Source: Brachybacterium avium (GTDB lineage Bacteria; Actinomycetota; Actinomycetes; Actinomycetales; Dermabacteraceae). Taken from it: 64,000 nt of DNA. This document shows, in pieces, positions 29,122-39,355 of this stretch. A model generated the notes under the pieces. The model was not told where the DNA came from and made no database searches. It saw nothing but the letters and a program-made list of their open reading frames with translations. The stretch's first letter is position 1. Each line of letters begins with the position of its first letter. The position numbers and the translations under genes were made by a program. The DNA is taken from assembly GCF_002216795.1 (NCBI RefSeq), contig NZ_CP022316.1:2445205-2509204 (forward strand). The letters run 5' to 3'.

Positions 29122-30657
29122 TCAGCCCTCGAGCTCGTCGTAGTCCTGCGCCGTGTAGTCGAGGCTCGGATCCCAGTTCGGGAACTGGAGCTGAGAGATG
29201 TCGACGTCCGCACCTTCGGTCTGTGCGGCGTCGAAGGCCTTCTCCATCGCCTCGTCGAGACGCGAATCAAGGTCGGACAGCGCTGCCTCCGCGTCGCTGA
29301 TCTGGCCGGTCAGGATCCCCTCGATGGTCCCCGCGATGCCGGGGTCGGTGGCCTGGAGGTTGAGCTTGACGACCCCGGCGTGCTCGCTGCGGATCTCGAA
29401 CTGCGGGCAGGCGCGCATGTAGGTGGCCGCGAGATCGGCGACCAGCTTGGCCCTCGGGTTGAGCGCGGAGGTGTCGGCGGAGGAGTTCGCCTCCTCGATC
29501 GTGGACTGGAAGAAGCCCTCGGTGAGCTCCACCATCGCCCGCTGCCCCTCGAGCGACCCCATGAACTTGATGACGGCTGCGGCGGCATCCGTGTTCGTGC
29601 TGTCGGCGTACAGCCAGGACATGTTTGCCCCGGTCTCCCGGAACGGGATGGTGTATTCGCTGCCGTCGGGGGAGGGCAGGGGGAGGATCGTGTACTCGAA
29701 ATCGGGATAGTCCTTGGCCCACTGCGAGATGTCCCACGGCCCGTTGAGGGAGATCCCGGCCAGTCCGGAGGGGAACTGGGCGCGAGCGTCCGCGTCCTTC
29801 AGCGTGAGGTATCCGGGGACGAAGGAGCCGTCATCGATCATCGAGCGCACGAAGTCCAGGGCCTCGAGGAACTCCGGTGCGGAGTACTCGTACTTCCCGG
29901 TCCGCATGTTCATGCCTTCGGAGTTGCCCAGCCAGCCCGCGGTGTTCGCGAGGTTCGCGATCACGATGTCCAGGTGATCGGAGGTCGAGAGGATTCCCGG
30001 CGTGCCCGAGGCGGTGATCTCCTTGGCCAGGGACCGGAGGTCGTCCCAGGTGGACACTGATTCCACGGGGGTCGACACGCCGGCGGCCTCGGCCGCTTCA
30101 TGGGAGATGTATTGGGTGATGTCCAAGCGCCGGGTCGAGTTCATCGGCCAGCTGTAGACCTTGCCGTCGAAGACGTGCACGCCGTTGATCAGTGCGGTGT
30201 CGGGGAATCCCGCCTTCCACTCCGCGAAGTCGGGAATCGCGTCATCGAGGGGCTGGACCCAGCCTTCGCTGATCGCGGACTCGGCCGGGACGTTCTGCGG
30301 CAGCGCGAAGACGTCCGGCGCTGAGCCGTTCCGGATCCCCAGCGGCACCACCTGATTGACCTGGTCCCATCCCGAACCGTCGTACTGGACCTGGATCTCG
30401 GGGAACTGCTCGCCGAAGCTGGTGATCACCGGATCGATGAACAGTGCCTTGAGGTCGCCGGAGTCCATCCAGCTCAGCGCCGTGGCCTGTGAGGCATCTG
30501 CGTCGAAGTCGAAGGAGAAGTCCTCGGACCCGGCGGCGACCTCCTCGGCACCGGTGCCGGAACCGGTCTCGACGGAGCACGCGCTCAGACCGGCCGCGAG
30601 CGCTGCCGCGCCACCGATCAGGGAGCGACGACGGAATCGGGGGGTGCTGACGGTCAT
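29122..30657 (-). CDS. extracellular solute-binding lipoprotein (oligosaccharide ABC SBP, family 1)
   Basis: 511 aa. Tat/lipobox N-terminus (RRRSLIGGAAALAAGLSAC). Large SBP typical of oligosaccharide transporters. Confidence 0.8.
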   Translation of the reverse strand: MTVSTPRFRRRSLIGGAAALAAGLSACSVETGSGTGAEEVAAGSEDFSFDFDADASQATALSWMDSGDLKALFIDPVITSFGEQFPEIQVQYDGSGWDQVNQVVPLGIRNGSAPDVFALPQNVPAESAISEGWVQPLDDAIPDFAEWKAGFPDTALINGVHVFDGKVYSWPMNSTRRLDITQYISHEAAEAAGVSTPVESVSTWDDLRSLAKEITASGTPGILSTSDHLDIVIANLANTAGWLGNSEGMNMRTGKYEYSAPEFLEALDFVRSMIDDGSFVPGYLTLKDADARAQFPSGLAGISLNGPWDISQWAKDYPDFEYTILPLPSPDGSEYTIPFRETGANMSWLYADSTNTDAAAAVIKFMGSLEGQRAMVELTEGFFQSTIEEANSSADTSALNPRAKLVADLAATYMRACPQFEIRSEHAGVVKLNLQATDPGIAGTIEGILTGQISDAEAALSDLDSRLDEAMEKAFDAAQTEGADVDISQLQFPNWDPSLDYTAQDYDELEG

Positions 30658-30733
30658 GGATGCCTCCTTGCATCGCCGTGCGGCCCGAGCCGGTCACGGA
30701 CGTCCGTGGTATTTCGATTAACCATCACCTACA

Positions 30734-31828
30734 ATGTGTGATGTGAACCACTCTGTCAAGACCATGTCGAGCAGCGATCAGAAAGGTTCGGCTCGGCGGC
30801 CGACCCAGGCGGACGTCGCACGCCTGGCAGGCGTGTCCACCGCGACCGTCTCCCACGTGCTGAGCGGCCGCGCCGACCGCAAGGGAGCCGGGAACGCGCA
30901 GACCCGAGCCAGGGTCGAGCGCGCGATGAAGCAACTCGATTACCGCCCGAACTGGGCAGGGCGCGCACTGCGCCGGCAGCGCACCGGCCTCGTCGGTGCG
31001 CTCGTCTCAGCGGGAGGCAATCCGTGGCGGGACAGCCTGATCACCGTGGCGAAGCGGGAGCTCGCGAAGCGCTCGCTCGACCTCGTCGTCTTCCCCGACG
31101 TCGGGGAGGACGAGGCGACCGACAGGCTCGCGGAACTCCTGGACCGCGGTGCGGTGGACGCCTGCTTCACGGTGCATCTGGAGGAGGCGGGCGAGGTGGC
31201 GGAACGCCTGGAACGGTGCCCGATCCCGAGTGTGGCCTTCGCCGAAGGGGACGCCGCCGGCCTCCCGACCGTGCGGCACGGCTATGCGGAGGCCGCGGCG
31301 GAGGCCGCCGTCCGACTGCGCGACAGAGGGGTGCGACGATTCATGATCGCTACCGAGGCGATGGGGCCGGGGCACAGCCTCTGGCGCGACGTCGTCGACC
31401 CGATCCGCACGGCTCTGGCAGGGGGCGATGCCGACGAACTGAGGGCCGAGCACCTCGAGATCGACTACCGGATCAGCGCCGATCTCGGTCCCCTGGACTG
31501 GGCGTCCCTCGAGGCTGCCGGACCGGAGGACCCGATCGTGCTGATGTGCTCGAGTGACCGGTTGGCGATCCAGATCGCGGCCGAATGCGAACGACGGTCG
31601 ATCGACATCGGGCGGGCCGTCGGGGTCGTGGGCCGCGGCGATATCGCCGAGGCCGCAGAGCGCCGCATCCCGCTGAGCACACTGGGCACGTCGGAGACCA
31701 GGTACGAGGACGTCTTCGCAGCTCTCGCGGCGTCGGCCGAGAGCGGCGAGAAGCTCGAGTCGGGCTGGGAGTTCCCCTGGCATGTGATCGAGCGGGCGTC
31801 CACCGCCGGGATCGGCCGGCAGGCATGA
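30734..31828 (+). CDS. LacI-family transcriptional regulator
   Basis: HTH (TQADVARLAGVSTATVSHVLSG). Divergent from the SBP-permease-sulfatase operon. Alternative start at 30764. Confidence 0.85.
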   Translation: MCDVNHSVKTMSSSDQKGSARRPTQADVARLAGVSTATVSHVLSGRADRKGAGNAQTRARVERAMKQLDYRPNWAGRALRRQRTGLVGALVSAGGNPWRDSLITVAKRELAKRSLDLVVFPDVGEDEATDRLAELLDRGAVDACFTVHLEEAGEVAERLERCPIPSVAFAEGDAAGLPTVRHGYAEAAAEAAVRLRDRGVRRFMIATEAMGPGHSLWRDVVDPIRTALAGGDADELRAEHLEIDYRISADLGPLDWASLEAAGPEDPIVLMCSSDRLAIQIAAECERRSIDIGRAVGVVGRGDIAEAAERRIPLSTLGTSETRYEDVFAALAASAESGEKLESGWEFPWHVIERASTAGIGRQA

Positions 31829-31831
31829 GCG

Positions 31832-31862
31832 AGGGCCCGGCGCATTCGCTGCGCCGGGCCCT
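31832..31862. terminator. perfect 13-bp stem hairpin between convergent genes
   Basis: agggcccggcgca-ttcgc-tgcgccgggccct. Lies between the LacI stop (31828) and the SPFH stop (31878). Confidence 0.5.
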
Positions 31863-31877
31863 CGGGGCGGTCCGGTC

Positions 31878-32995
31878 TCAGAACTGGTCGGCAGATCCCG
31901 GATGAGCCCACGGCGGCTGTGAGTCCTGGGTCTGCTGCCGCGCCTCACGGGCACGCTGCTCGGCCTGCTGCCGAGCTCGCGTCGCGCGCTGCTCCTCCTG
32001 CTCGCGCAGCTGATCGGCGGAGACGCGCCGACGGTCCTCGACCTCATCCGCGTCGGCGTCCTTCGACGCCTCGGCGGCGGCCTGTGACTGCAGCATCGCT
32101 GTGCGGATCTCGTCCCCATGGAGCCGACGGCGCCGGGGTTCGAGGGCAGGTACAGCACGTTGGAGCGGGAGTTCCGGGCCACGTCCTGCATGGTGTCGAA
32201 GTACTGCGTCATCAGCAGCAGCTGCTCGGCGGAGTTCTCGATGCCCACCTTGCGCAGCATCTCGTACTGCTCGGCGATGCCCAGTGCGATCGCCTTGCGC
32301 TGGGCGGCGACGCCCTCACCCTGGAGGCGCTTGGACTCGGCCTCGGCCTCGGCCTGGGTGACGCGCTTGATCTTGTCCGCCTCGGCGAGCGACTGGGCCG
32401 CGACCCGGTCGCGCTGGGCGGCGTTGATGGAGTTCATCGAGTCGCGCACCCGCTGGTCCGGGGAGATGTCCTGGACCAGGGTGTTGATGATGTAGAAGCC
32501 GAACTCCCGCATGCGCTCCGAGAGCGTGGACTCGACGCTGCGGGCGATGTCGTCCTTCGACTCGAAGGCCTGGTCCAGCTCGAGGCCGGACAGCGCCGAG
32601 CGCACGGTGTCGAACACGTAGGAGCGGATCTGCGCCTCGGGGTTCGACAGCTTGTAGTACGCGTCGATGACCTGCTCGTCGCGGATCTTGTACTGGACCG
32701 CGACCGGCACGTTGACGAACACGTTGTCCTTGGTCTTGGACTCGATGTTCACCTCGAGCTGCTGCACGCGCAGCGAGACCGGTCGGGTGGTGTTGTCGAT
32801 GAACGGGGTCTTGAAGTTCAGGCCCGCCTGCGCGACCCGCTTGAACTTGCCGAACCTCTCGACGATGATCGCTTCCTGCGTGTGCACCGTGAACATCAGC
32901 GAGGTGCGCAGCCCGCCGAACAGCAGCGCCGCGACGACCACGACGAGTATCAGGACGCCCACGATGACGACCAGGGCGACGATTGCGCCTTCCAT
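31878..32995 (-). CDS. SPFH/band-7 (stomatin/prohibitin-like) membrane protein; apparent frameshift near 32100-32200
   Basis: N-terminal TM plus SPFH domain in one frame (32995 down to about 32100). The charged coiled-coil tail (EIRTAMLQSQAAAEASKDADADE...) is in another frame, ending at 31878. The main frame otherwise runs 800 nt antisense into the LacI gene. Confidence 0.6.
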
Positions 32996-33057
32996 GTGTT
33001 CCCCTTTTCTTGGTGATGAAGTCTGTGACCTACGCTACCAACCGAGCCGGTTGGTCG

Positions 33058-33546
33058 TCACCGCAGACCGAGCTCGCTCTCGATCCGTCGGGCGATCCGC
33101 ACGGGCGGCACCAGCGGGGCATAGCGGCGCAGCACCTTCCCCTCGCCGTCGATGAGGAACTTGGTGAAGTTCCAGGCGATGCGGCCGCCGATCACCCCGG
33201 CCTTCTGCGCGCACATCCACTTCCACAGCGGGTGCGCGGTGGGCCCGTTGACGTCGATCTTCGAGAACAGCGGGAAGCGGACGTCGTAGGTGGAGGCGCA
33301 GATCTCCTTGGTCTCCTCGTCGGTGCCGGGATCCTGGTGGAACTGGTCCGAGGGGAAGCCGAGCACCGTGAAGCCGTGCTCCGCGTAGCGGTCCGTCAGC
33401 TCCTGCAGGCTCGTCAGCTGGGGGGTGAAGGCGCACTCGGTGGCGATGTTGACGACGAGGACCAGACGTCCGCGGTACTCACTCATCTCCCGATGCTCAC
33501 CATCGATGGTGAGAGCGGAGAAGTCGTGGAAAGTCGACTCGGACAT
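33058..33546 (-). CDS. glutathione peroxidase family protein
   Basis: 162 aa. LVVNIATECAFTPQ (peroxidatic Cys), FPSDQFHQDPG, WNFTKFLID. Confidence 0.85.
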   Translation of the reverse strand: MSESTFHDFSALTIDGEHREMSEYRGRLVLVVNIATECAFTPQLTSLQELTDRYAEHGFTVLGFPSDQFHQDPGTDEETKEICASTYDVRFPLFSKIDVNGPTAHPLWKWMCAQKAGVIGGRIAWNFTKFLIDGEGKVLRRYAPLVPPVRIARRIESELGLR

Positions 33547-33668
33547 GGTCTCCTGACTCGGCTAGTAGGTGACGTGCGCCTCCATCGTAGAACGCAGTCC
33601 TGGGCGTGCGCCGGGACCGCGGGCTCAGGCTCTGCCTTCTGCCTGGGCTCCTGCCGCTCGTTCCTCGC

Positions 33669-34580
33669 TCAGGCGAGGAACGCATCGACCTCGTCGCGGG
33701 TCGGGGCGCTCTCGGTCCCGCGCCGGGTCACAGCGATCGCCGCGGCGGCGTTCGCGCGGGTGGCGGCGGATTCCCAGTCCGCACCGAGGGCACGCTCTGC
33801 CAGCAGCACCCCGGTATGGGTGTCACCGGCGCCGTTGGTGTCCACTGGCGTCTGCGGGAAAGCGGGGATCTGGGTGCCACGACCGTGGTGGAAGACCAGG
33901 CATCCCCGCTCCCCGTCCCGCACGACCACCACCGCGCCGGGGCGCAGGCGCCGGCGGAGCGCCTCCGGGGTGTCCTCGAGCGCATCGAGATCGGTCAGCG
34001 CTCGCGCCTCGTCGGCGTTCGAGGTCCACACCGTGGTGCAGGCCAGCACCCGCTGCCGGACCTCGCGGGGGAAGTCGGCGAAGGGGGCGCCGGGATCGAG
34101 CACCACATCCACGTCGGCCGGCAGTGTCTCGAGGAACTCCAGCAGCGGCTCCCGGGTGGGCTCGAACAGGCTGTACCCGGAGATGCACACCAGGTCCCCC
34201 ACCTGTGGCTCGAGGGTCGCGAGCGAGGTGGCGGTGATCTGCCGCTCCGCCCCGTACACGGTGAGGAACGTCCGTTCGGCCGACGGTTCCAGCAGCACCG
34301 TGCAGTACCCGGTATCGGCGTCGGGGCGCGGCGCATCGGAGAGGGCGACCCCGTCCCGGGCCAGCGCCTCCCGGATCAGGTCGCCGTACGGACCGGTGCC
34401 GTGCGCCCCGCCGTGCACCGCCACTGCCCCGGTGCGGGCAGCCGCGATCAGTGTGGTCACCGCGCCGCCCGCGTACTTCTGCTCACGGCGCACGTTGGCG
34501 TTCCCGCCGCGCGGCGGGAGCTCGTCGATCTCGAGGATGAGGTCGACGAGCGCCTGGGCGGTGTGGAGCACGCGGGACAT
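33669..34580 (-). CDS. PfkB-family carbohydrate kinase (ribokinase-like)
   Basis: Start MSRVLHTAQALVDL. 303 aa. C-terminal DTNGAGDTHTG anion-hole motif. Confidence 0.8.
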   Translation of the reverse strand: MSRVLHTAQALVDLILEIDELPPRGGNANVRREQKYAGGAVTTLIAAARTGAVAVHGGAHGTGPYGDLIREALARDGVALSDAPRPDADTGYCTVLLEPSAERTFLTVYGAERQITATSLATLEPQVGDLVCISGYSLFEPTREPLLEFLETLPADVDVVLDPGAPFADFPREVRQRVLACTTVWTSNADEARALTDLDALEDTPEALRRRLRPGAVVVVRDGERGCLVFHHGRGTQIPAFPQTPVDTNGAGDTHTGVLLAERALGADWESAATRANAAAAIAVTRRGTESAPTRDEVDAFLA

Positions 34581-34610
34581 GGGCACGAGTCTAGGTGGGA
34601 GCATGAGCCC

Positions 34611-36503
34611 ATGCCCCCTGCTCCCGCTGGATCCCGCCGCCGCGGCCCGCTGCTCGTCCTCGTCTCCCTCCTCGCGATCATCGCCGTGGTGATCGCTGTT
34701 CTGCAGTGGCGGGACCGCTTCGGCTCCGGCGAGGCGGAGGCCGAGGAGCTCGCCGCCGCGCTCTCCGCGGGCGAGGCCCCGGACCAGGCCGAGCACGACC
34801 GGATCCTCGGCCCGCTGCTCGAGGCCGGGGCGGTCCCGCAGGTCTCCCTCGCCGACCCCGGCAGCGCCCGGGACGGCATCCGCACCGCCACCCTCGAGTG
34901 GACCTGGACCCTTCCGAATGGCGACGGGACCTGGGAGTACACCACCCCCGCGACCCTGCGCCGCGGCGAGGACGGCTGGAGGGCGGAGCTCGCCCCCGCG
35001 GCCTATGCCCCTGACCTCACCGCGAGCGAGCACCTCGAGCTCACCACGCTCGACCCGGCGCTGGGCAGCATCACCGATCGCGACGGCACCGTGCTGTTCA
35101 GCGAACTGCCGGTGATCACGCTGGGCTTGGACAAGACGCAGCTCGATGAGGGCGAGCTGGACTCCTCCGCACGGGACCTGGCCGGACTGCTCGGCATCGA
35201 CGCCGACCGCTACGCGCAGAGCGTCACGGGCCACGGCCCCGACGCGTTCGTCGCCGCGCTGACCATCCGCGAGGAGGCCGCGGGCGACTATCCACTGGAA
35301 GAGGCCGCACAGGTCGCCGGGTACCTCGCCGTGGACGGGACCCGGCCCCTGGCCATCCAGCGCGACTACGCGCCGGGTGTGCTCGGCTCCCTGCGGGAGG
35401 CCAGCGCCGAGGACATCGAGGACTCCGACGGGCAGCTCGAGGCCGGGGACCTGGTCCCCAGCGGCGGCGTGATCGCCGCGGCCCGCGACGAGGTGCTCGG
35501 CACCCCCGGCCTCGAGGTCCGCGCGGTCGACGAGGACTCCGACGCCACCCGTTCCCTGCACCGCATCGAGCCGGTCGACGGCAGCGCCGTGCCCACCACG
35601 CTGGATGACGATGTGCAGCGCCTGGCCACCGCCGCGATCTCCGAGGAGGACTCGCCCTCGGCCGTGATCGTGCTGCAGCCCTCGAGCGGGGATGTGCTCG
35701 CCGCCACCCTCGGGCCGACCGGTCAGTCCTACCCGGTGGGTCTCGTCGGCCGGTACGCCCCGGGCTCGACCTTCAAGGCCGTCACCGCACTGTCCCTCCT
35801 GCGCGCGGGCCTCACCCCGGACACCGAGATCGAGTGCCCCGAGACCGCGGTCGTCGCGGGCCGCAGCTTCAAGAACGCCGACTCGATGAACCCCTCCCTG
35901 TTCGGGACGATGCCGCTGCGCTCCGCGATCGCCCACTCCTGCAACACGGCGATGCTGCTCCAGCACGAGACGGTGGACCAGGTGGCCCTCGCCGATGCCG
36001 CGACCACGCTCGGCATCGGCCAGGACGCCCCGGCGGGTCTGGACGCGTTCATGGGCTCGGTGGATCCGCAGGACACCGGGGCCGAGCACGCCGCGGCGAT
36101 GATGGGGCAGGGCCGCGTGCTCGCCTCACCGCTGTCGATGGCGGTGGTGCTCGCGAGCGTGCAGAACGGCGCGACCGTCGCCCCGCGGATCCTCGCCGAC
36201 CAGCAGCCGGTCACCCCGGAGGTACCCACCCCGCTCACCGAGCAGGAGACCGCGCAGATGCAGGAGATGCTGCGCGGAGTGGTCACCGACGGCAGCCTCG
36301 ACGAGTTCGCGGACCTGCCCGGCGAGCCCGTGATCGGCAAGACCGGCACCGCCGAGTGGGTGGACGAGGACGGCGAGCTGAAGCTCCACTCCTGGGTGAT
36401 CGTCGCCCAGGGCGACCTGGTGGTCGCGGCCTTCGTCGAGGACGGCAGCTACGGCTCGGTCACCGCCGGACCGATCGCCCGCGAGGTGCTCGAGGGGCTC
36501 TGA
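34611..36503 (+). CDS. penicillin-binding protein, transpeptidase-domain (membrane-anchored)
   Basis: Start MPPAPAGSRRRGPLLVLVSLLAII (TM anchor). SxxK (GSTFKAV), SxN (HSCN) and KTG (GKTGTAE) motifs. Confidence 0.75.
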   Translation: MPPAPAGSRRRGPLLVLVSLLAIIAVVIAVLQWRDRFGSGEAEAEELAAALSAGEAPDQAEHDRILGPLLEAGAVPQVSLADPGSARDGIRTATLEWTWTLPNGDGTWEYTTPATLRRGEDGWRAELAPAAYAPDLTASEHLELTTLDPALGSITDRDGTVLFSELPVITLGLDKTQLDEGELDSSARDLAGLLGIDADRYAQSVTGHGPDAFVAALTIREEAAGDYPLEEAAQVAGYLAVDGTRPLAIQRDYAPGVLGSLREASAEDIEDSDGQLEAGDLVPSGGVIAAARDEVLGTPGLEVRAVDEDSDATRSLHRIEPVDGSAVPTTLDDDVQRLATAAISEEDSPSAVIVLQPSSGDVLAATLGPTGQSYPVGLVGRYAPGSTFKAVTALSLLRAGLTPDTEIECPETAVVAGRSFKNADSMNPSLFGTMPLRSAIAHSCNTAMLLQHETVDQVALADAATTLGIGQDAPAGLDAFMGSVDPQDTGAEHAAAMMGQGRVLASPLSMAVVLASVQNGATVAPRILADQQPVTPEVPTPLTEQETAQMQEMLRGVVTDGSLDEFADLPGEPVIGKTGTAEWVDEDGELKLHSWVIVAQGDLVVAAFVEDGSYGSVTAGPIAREVLEGL

Positions 36504-36522
36504 CCTCCAGCGCGCGAGACCC

Positions 36523-38586
36523 TCAGAGCCCGGCCGCCACCTCGACCGCCTGACGGATGGCCCGTTCGGCATCCAGCTCCGCGGCGACGTCGGCCCCGCC
36601 GATCACATGCACCCGCGGCGTGCGGCCCTTCCGCGCGGCGGTCACTTCCGCGGCGAGATCATCCACGCTCACCTGCCCGGCGCAGACCACGATCGTGTCC
36701 ACCGCGAGCACCGTCTCCTGCTCGTCCTCGACGAGGTGCAGACCGTCCTCGTCGACGTGACGGTAGGTCACGCCGCGGTGCTGGATCACGCCTGCATGGC
36801 GCAGCTCCGCCCGGTGCACCCAGCCGGTGGTGCGGCCCAGCCCCGCCCCGATCCGGGTCTCCTTGCGCTGCAGCAGATGGACCTCGCGCCGCGGCTCCTC
36901 GACCGGACGGGTGGTGACGCCGCCGCGGTGCTCCTCATCGGCCGGGACGACGCCCCAGTGCTGCTTCCAGGCGGCGATGTCCAGGGTGGGGGAGGGGCGC
37001 GGGGCGCTGAGGAACTCGGCCACGTCGACCCCGATGCCGCCCGCACCGATGATCGCCACCCGCTGACCGGCCTCGGCCCGGCCCTCGAGCAGGTCGGCAT
37101 AGCTGATCACCTGCGGCCCGCCTTCGGCGGGCAGCGTGATCTCGCGCGGTACGACGCCGGTGGCGACGATGACGTCGTGGAAGCCGGCCAGGTCGCGGGC
37201 CGTCGGCCGGGTCTCCAGCCGGATCCCGACGCCCGCGGCCGCCAGCCGCATCCGCCAGGACTGCAGCGCCTGCGCGTAGTCCTCCTTGCCGGGAATGCGA
37301 GCGGCCAGCCGCAGCTGCCCGCCGATCTCGGCGGTGGCCTCGTAGAGGGTGACGATATGGCCGCGCTCGGCGGCGGCGAGTGCCGCCTCGAGCCCCGCGG
37401 GTCCCGCGCCGACGACGGCGACCTTGCGGGCGCGGCGCTCGATCACCGGCTTCAGCACCAGCTCCGTCTCAAACCCGGCCCGGGGGTTGACCAGGCAGCT
37501 GGCCCGCTTCCCGACGAACACCTTGTCCAGGCAGGCCTGGTTGCAGGAGATGCAGGCGACGACCTGCGCCGCCTGATCGTCGGCGAGCTTGCGCGGCAGG
37601 TGCGGGTCCGCGAGCAGTGGTCGGGCCATGGAGACCAGATCCGCCTGACCGCCGGCGAGGACCTCCTCGGCGACCGCGGGATCGTGGATCCGGTTCGAGG
37701 CGATGACCGGCACATCGACCAGGTCGCGCAGCGCCGCCGCGTTCTCGGCGAAGGCGGCGCGCGGCACGGAGGTGACGATCGTGGGGACCCGCGCCTCGTG
37801 CCAGCCGATGCCGGAGGAGAGCACATCCACACCGCGCTCGGTGAGGCCGTGGGCGAGAGCGGTGGTCTCCTGCCAGGTCTGGCCGCCCGGGACCAGATCC
37901 AGCAGGGAGATGCGGTAGCTGAGCAGGGCGCCCTCGCCGATCGCCTCACGCACCGCGGCGGCCACGGCCAGCGGCAGCGCCCGTCGCCCCTCGGCCCCGC
38001 GCCCCCAGCGGTCCCGGCGCCGGTTCGTGGCGGGAGCGAGGAACTGGTTGAGCAGGTAGCCCTCGGAGCCCATGATCTCGACGCCGTCGTACCCGGCCTC
38101 GACCGCGAGGCGGGCCGCCTCGGCGAAGTGCTGGACGGTGCGTCCCACGCCGCGGCGGGTCAGGCGCCGGGCGCGGAACGGGGAGAGCTTGGACTTCCCC
38201 GCGGCCGACGAGGCGGCCAGCGGATGGAAGGCATAGCGGCCCGCGTGCAGCAGCTGCAGCAGGATCCGGCCGTCGGCCTCGTGGACCTCGCGGGTGATCA
38301 CCCGGTGGCCGCGCAGGGTGCGGTCATCGGCCTGGGCACCGCGCGGGGTGAGGCGACCGGTGCGGTCGGGGGAGAAGCCTCCGGTGACGATCAGCCCGAC
38401 GCCGCCGCGGGCGCGCTCGCCGAGATAGGCGGCGAGCTTCTTCGCGTCGGCCGGGCGGTCCTCGAGGCCCACATGCATCGAGCCCATCACGATCCGGTTG
38501 CGCACCTCGAACGGTCCCAGGTCCAGCGGCGAGAGCAGCCGGGTGAAGGAGCGGCGTGCGGTCGGAGAGGGAAGCGGCACTGACAT
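36523..38586 (-). CDS. fadH: 2,4-dienoyl-CoA reductase-like NADH:flavin oxidoreductase (OYE domain + FAD/NAD(P) domain)
   Basis: Start MSVPLPSPTARRSF. Old-yellow-enzyme N-domain plus C-terminal pyridine nucleotide-disulfide oxidoreductase domain (VAVVGAGPAGLEAAL). Confidence 0.8.
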   Translation of the reverse strand: MSVPLPSPTARRSFTRLLSPLDLGPFEVRNRIVMGSMHVGLEDRPADAKKLAAYLGERARGGVGLIVTGGFSPDRTGRLTPRGAQADDRTLRGHRVITREVHEADGRILLQLLHAGRYAFHPLAASSAAGKSKLSPFRARRLTRRGVGRTVQHFAEAARLAVEAGYDGVEIMGSEGYLLNQFLAPATNRRRDRWGRGAEGRRALPLAVAAAVREAIGEGALLSYRISLLDLVPGGQTWQETTALAHGLTERGVDVLSSGIGWHEARVPTIVTSVPRAAFAENAAALRDLVDVPVIASNRIHDPAVAEEVLAGGQADLVSMARPLLADPHLPRKLADDQAAQVVACISCNQACLDKVFVGKRASCLVNPRAGFETELVLKPVIERRARKVAVVGAGPAGLEAALAAAERGHIVTLYEATAEIGGQLRLAARIPGKEDYAQALQSWRMRLAAAGVGIRLETRPTARDLAGFHDVIVATGVVPREITLPAEGGPQVISYADLLEGRAEAGQRVAIIGAGGIGVDVAEFLSAPRPSPTLDIAAWKQHWGVVPADEEHRGGVTTRPVEEPRREVHLLQRKETRIGAGLGRTTGWVHRAELRHAGVIQHRGVTYRHVDEDGLHLVEDEQETVLAVDTIVVCAGQVSVDDLAAEVTAARKGRTPRVHVIGGADVAAELDAERAIRQAVEVAAGL

Positions 38587-38703
38587 AGGGCTGATTCTGC
38601 CAGCAACCGCCGACGCTGCTGCGTCGAGGCACCGCGCCGCCCGGTCCCGCATGCACTGCGTACCCTGGAGGAGACCCCCTGTCACCGGAGCGAGGAGCCC
38701 CCA

Positions 38704-39306
38704 TTGTCGTCGCGCATGCTGATCATCGTCGATGTCCAGAACGACTTCTGCGAAGGCGGTGCGCTGGGCGTCGAGGGCGGGGCCGAGGTCGCGGCCCGGA
38801 TCGTCGGCCTCGTGCGATCACAGGAGGAGCGGTACGACCGCATCCTGGTCAGCCAGGACTGGCATCGCGGGGACACGGACAACGGCGGGCACTTCGCCGT
38901 CCCGCCGGCCGCACCGGATTTCGTCGACACCTGGCCGGTGCACTGCGTGGCGGAGACACCCGGCGCAGCGCTGCACCCGGAGATGGCGGCGCTCGCCGCG
39001 GAGCTGGGGGATCGGCTCGAGATCGTGCAGAAGGGCTACGGCCTCCCCTCCTACAGCGTCCTGGAGGGCACGGTCGTCGCCACCGATGAATCGGTGCAGG
39101 ATCTGCTCGCCGACGGCGACTGGGAGCGGATCGACGTGGTGGGTCTCGCCTATGACTTCTGCGTGCGGGAGACGGCGCTCGGTGCGGTGGCGGCCGGCGC
39201 ACCGGTGCGGGTGCTCAGCGATCTCACCGCTGCCGTGCATCCGGCGGGGATCCCCGCGCTCGAGCAGGAGCTGGCGGAGGCAGGCGTGGAGATCACCGCT
39301 TCCTGA
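38704..39306 (+). CDS. pncA: isochorismatase-family nicotinamidase/pyrazinamidase
   Basis: MLIIVDVQNDFCEGGAL... 200 aa with a Cys-containing catalytic region. Confidence 0.75.
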   Translation: MSSRMLIIVDVQNDFCEGGALGVEGGAEVAARIVGLVRSQEERYDRILVSQDWHRGDTDNGGHFAVPPAAPDFVDTWPVHCVAETPGAALHPEMAALAAELGDRLEIVQKGYGLPSYSVLEGTVVATDESVQDLLADGDWERIDVVGLAYDFCVRETALGAVAAGAPVRVLSDLTAAVHPAGIPALEQELAEAGVEITAS

Positions 39307-39355
39307 GGGCGAGGGACGGTCCGGGGCGGCTGCTGCGCCGTCGTCAGTCGCCGGA

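Noticed and set aside
31007-31877. C-terminal 290 codons of ORF 31007-32995 (-)
   Set aside because: Runs antisense through the LacI gene. The real SPFH tail is in another frame ending at 31878 (see the frameshift finding).
33606-34610. N-terminal part of ORF 33606-36503 (+); also 33669-36089 (-) beyond 34580
   Set aside because: The PfkB kinase (minus) and PBP (plus) are divergent with clear starts at 34580 and 34611. Each long ORF is the other gene's antisense.
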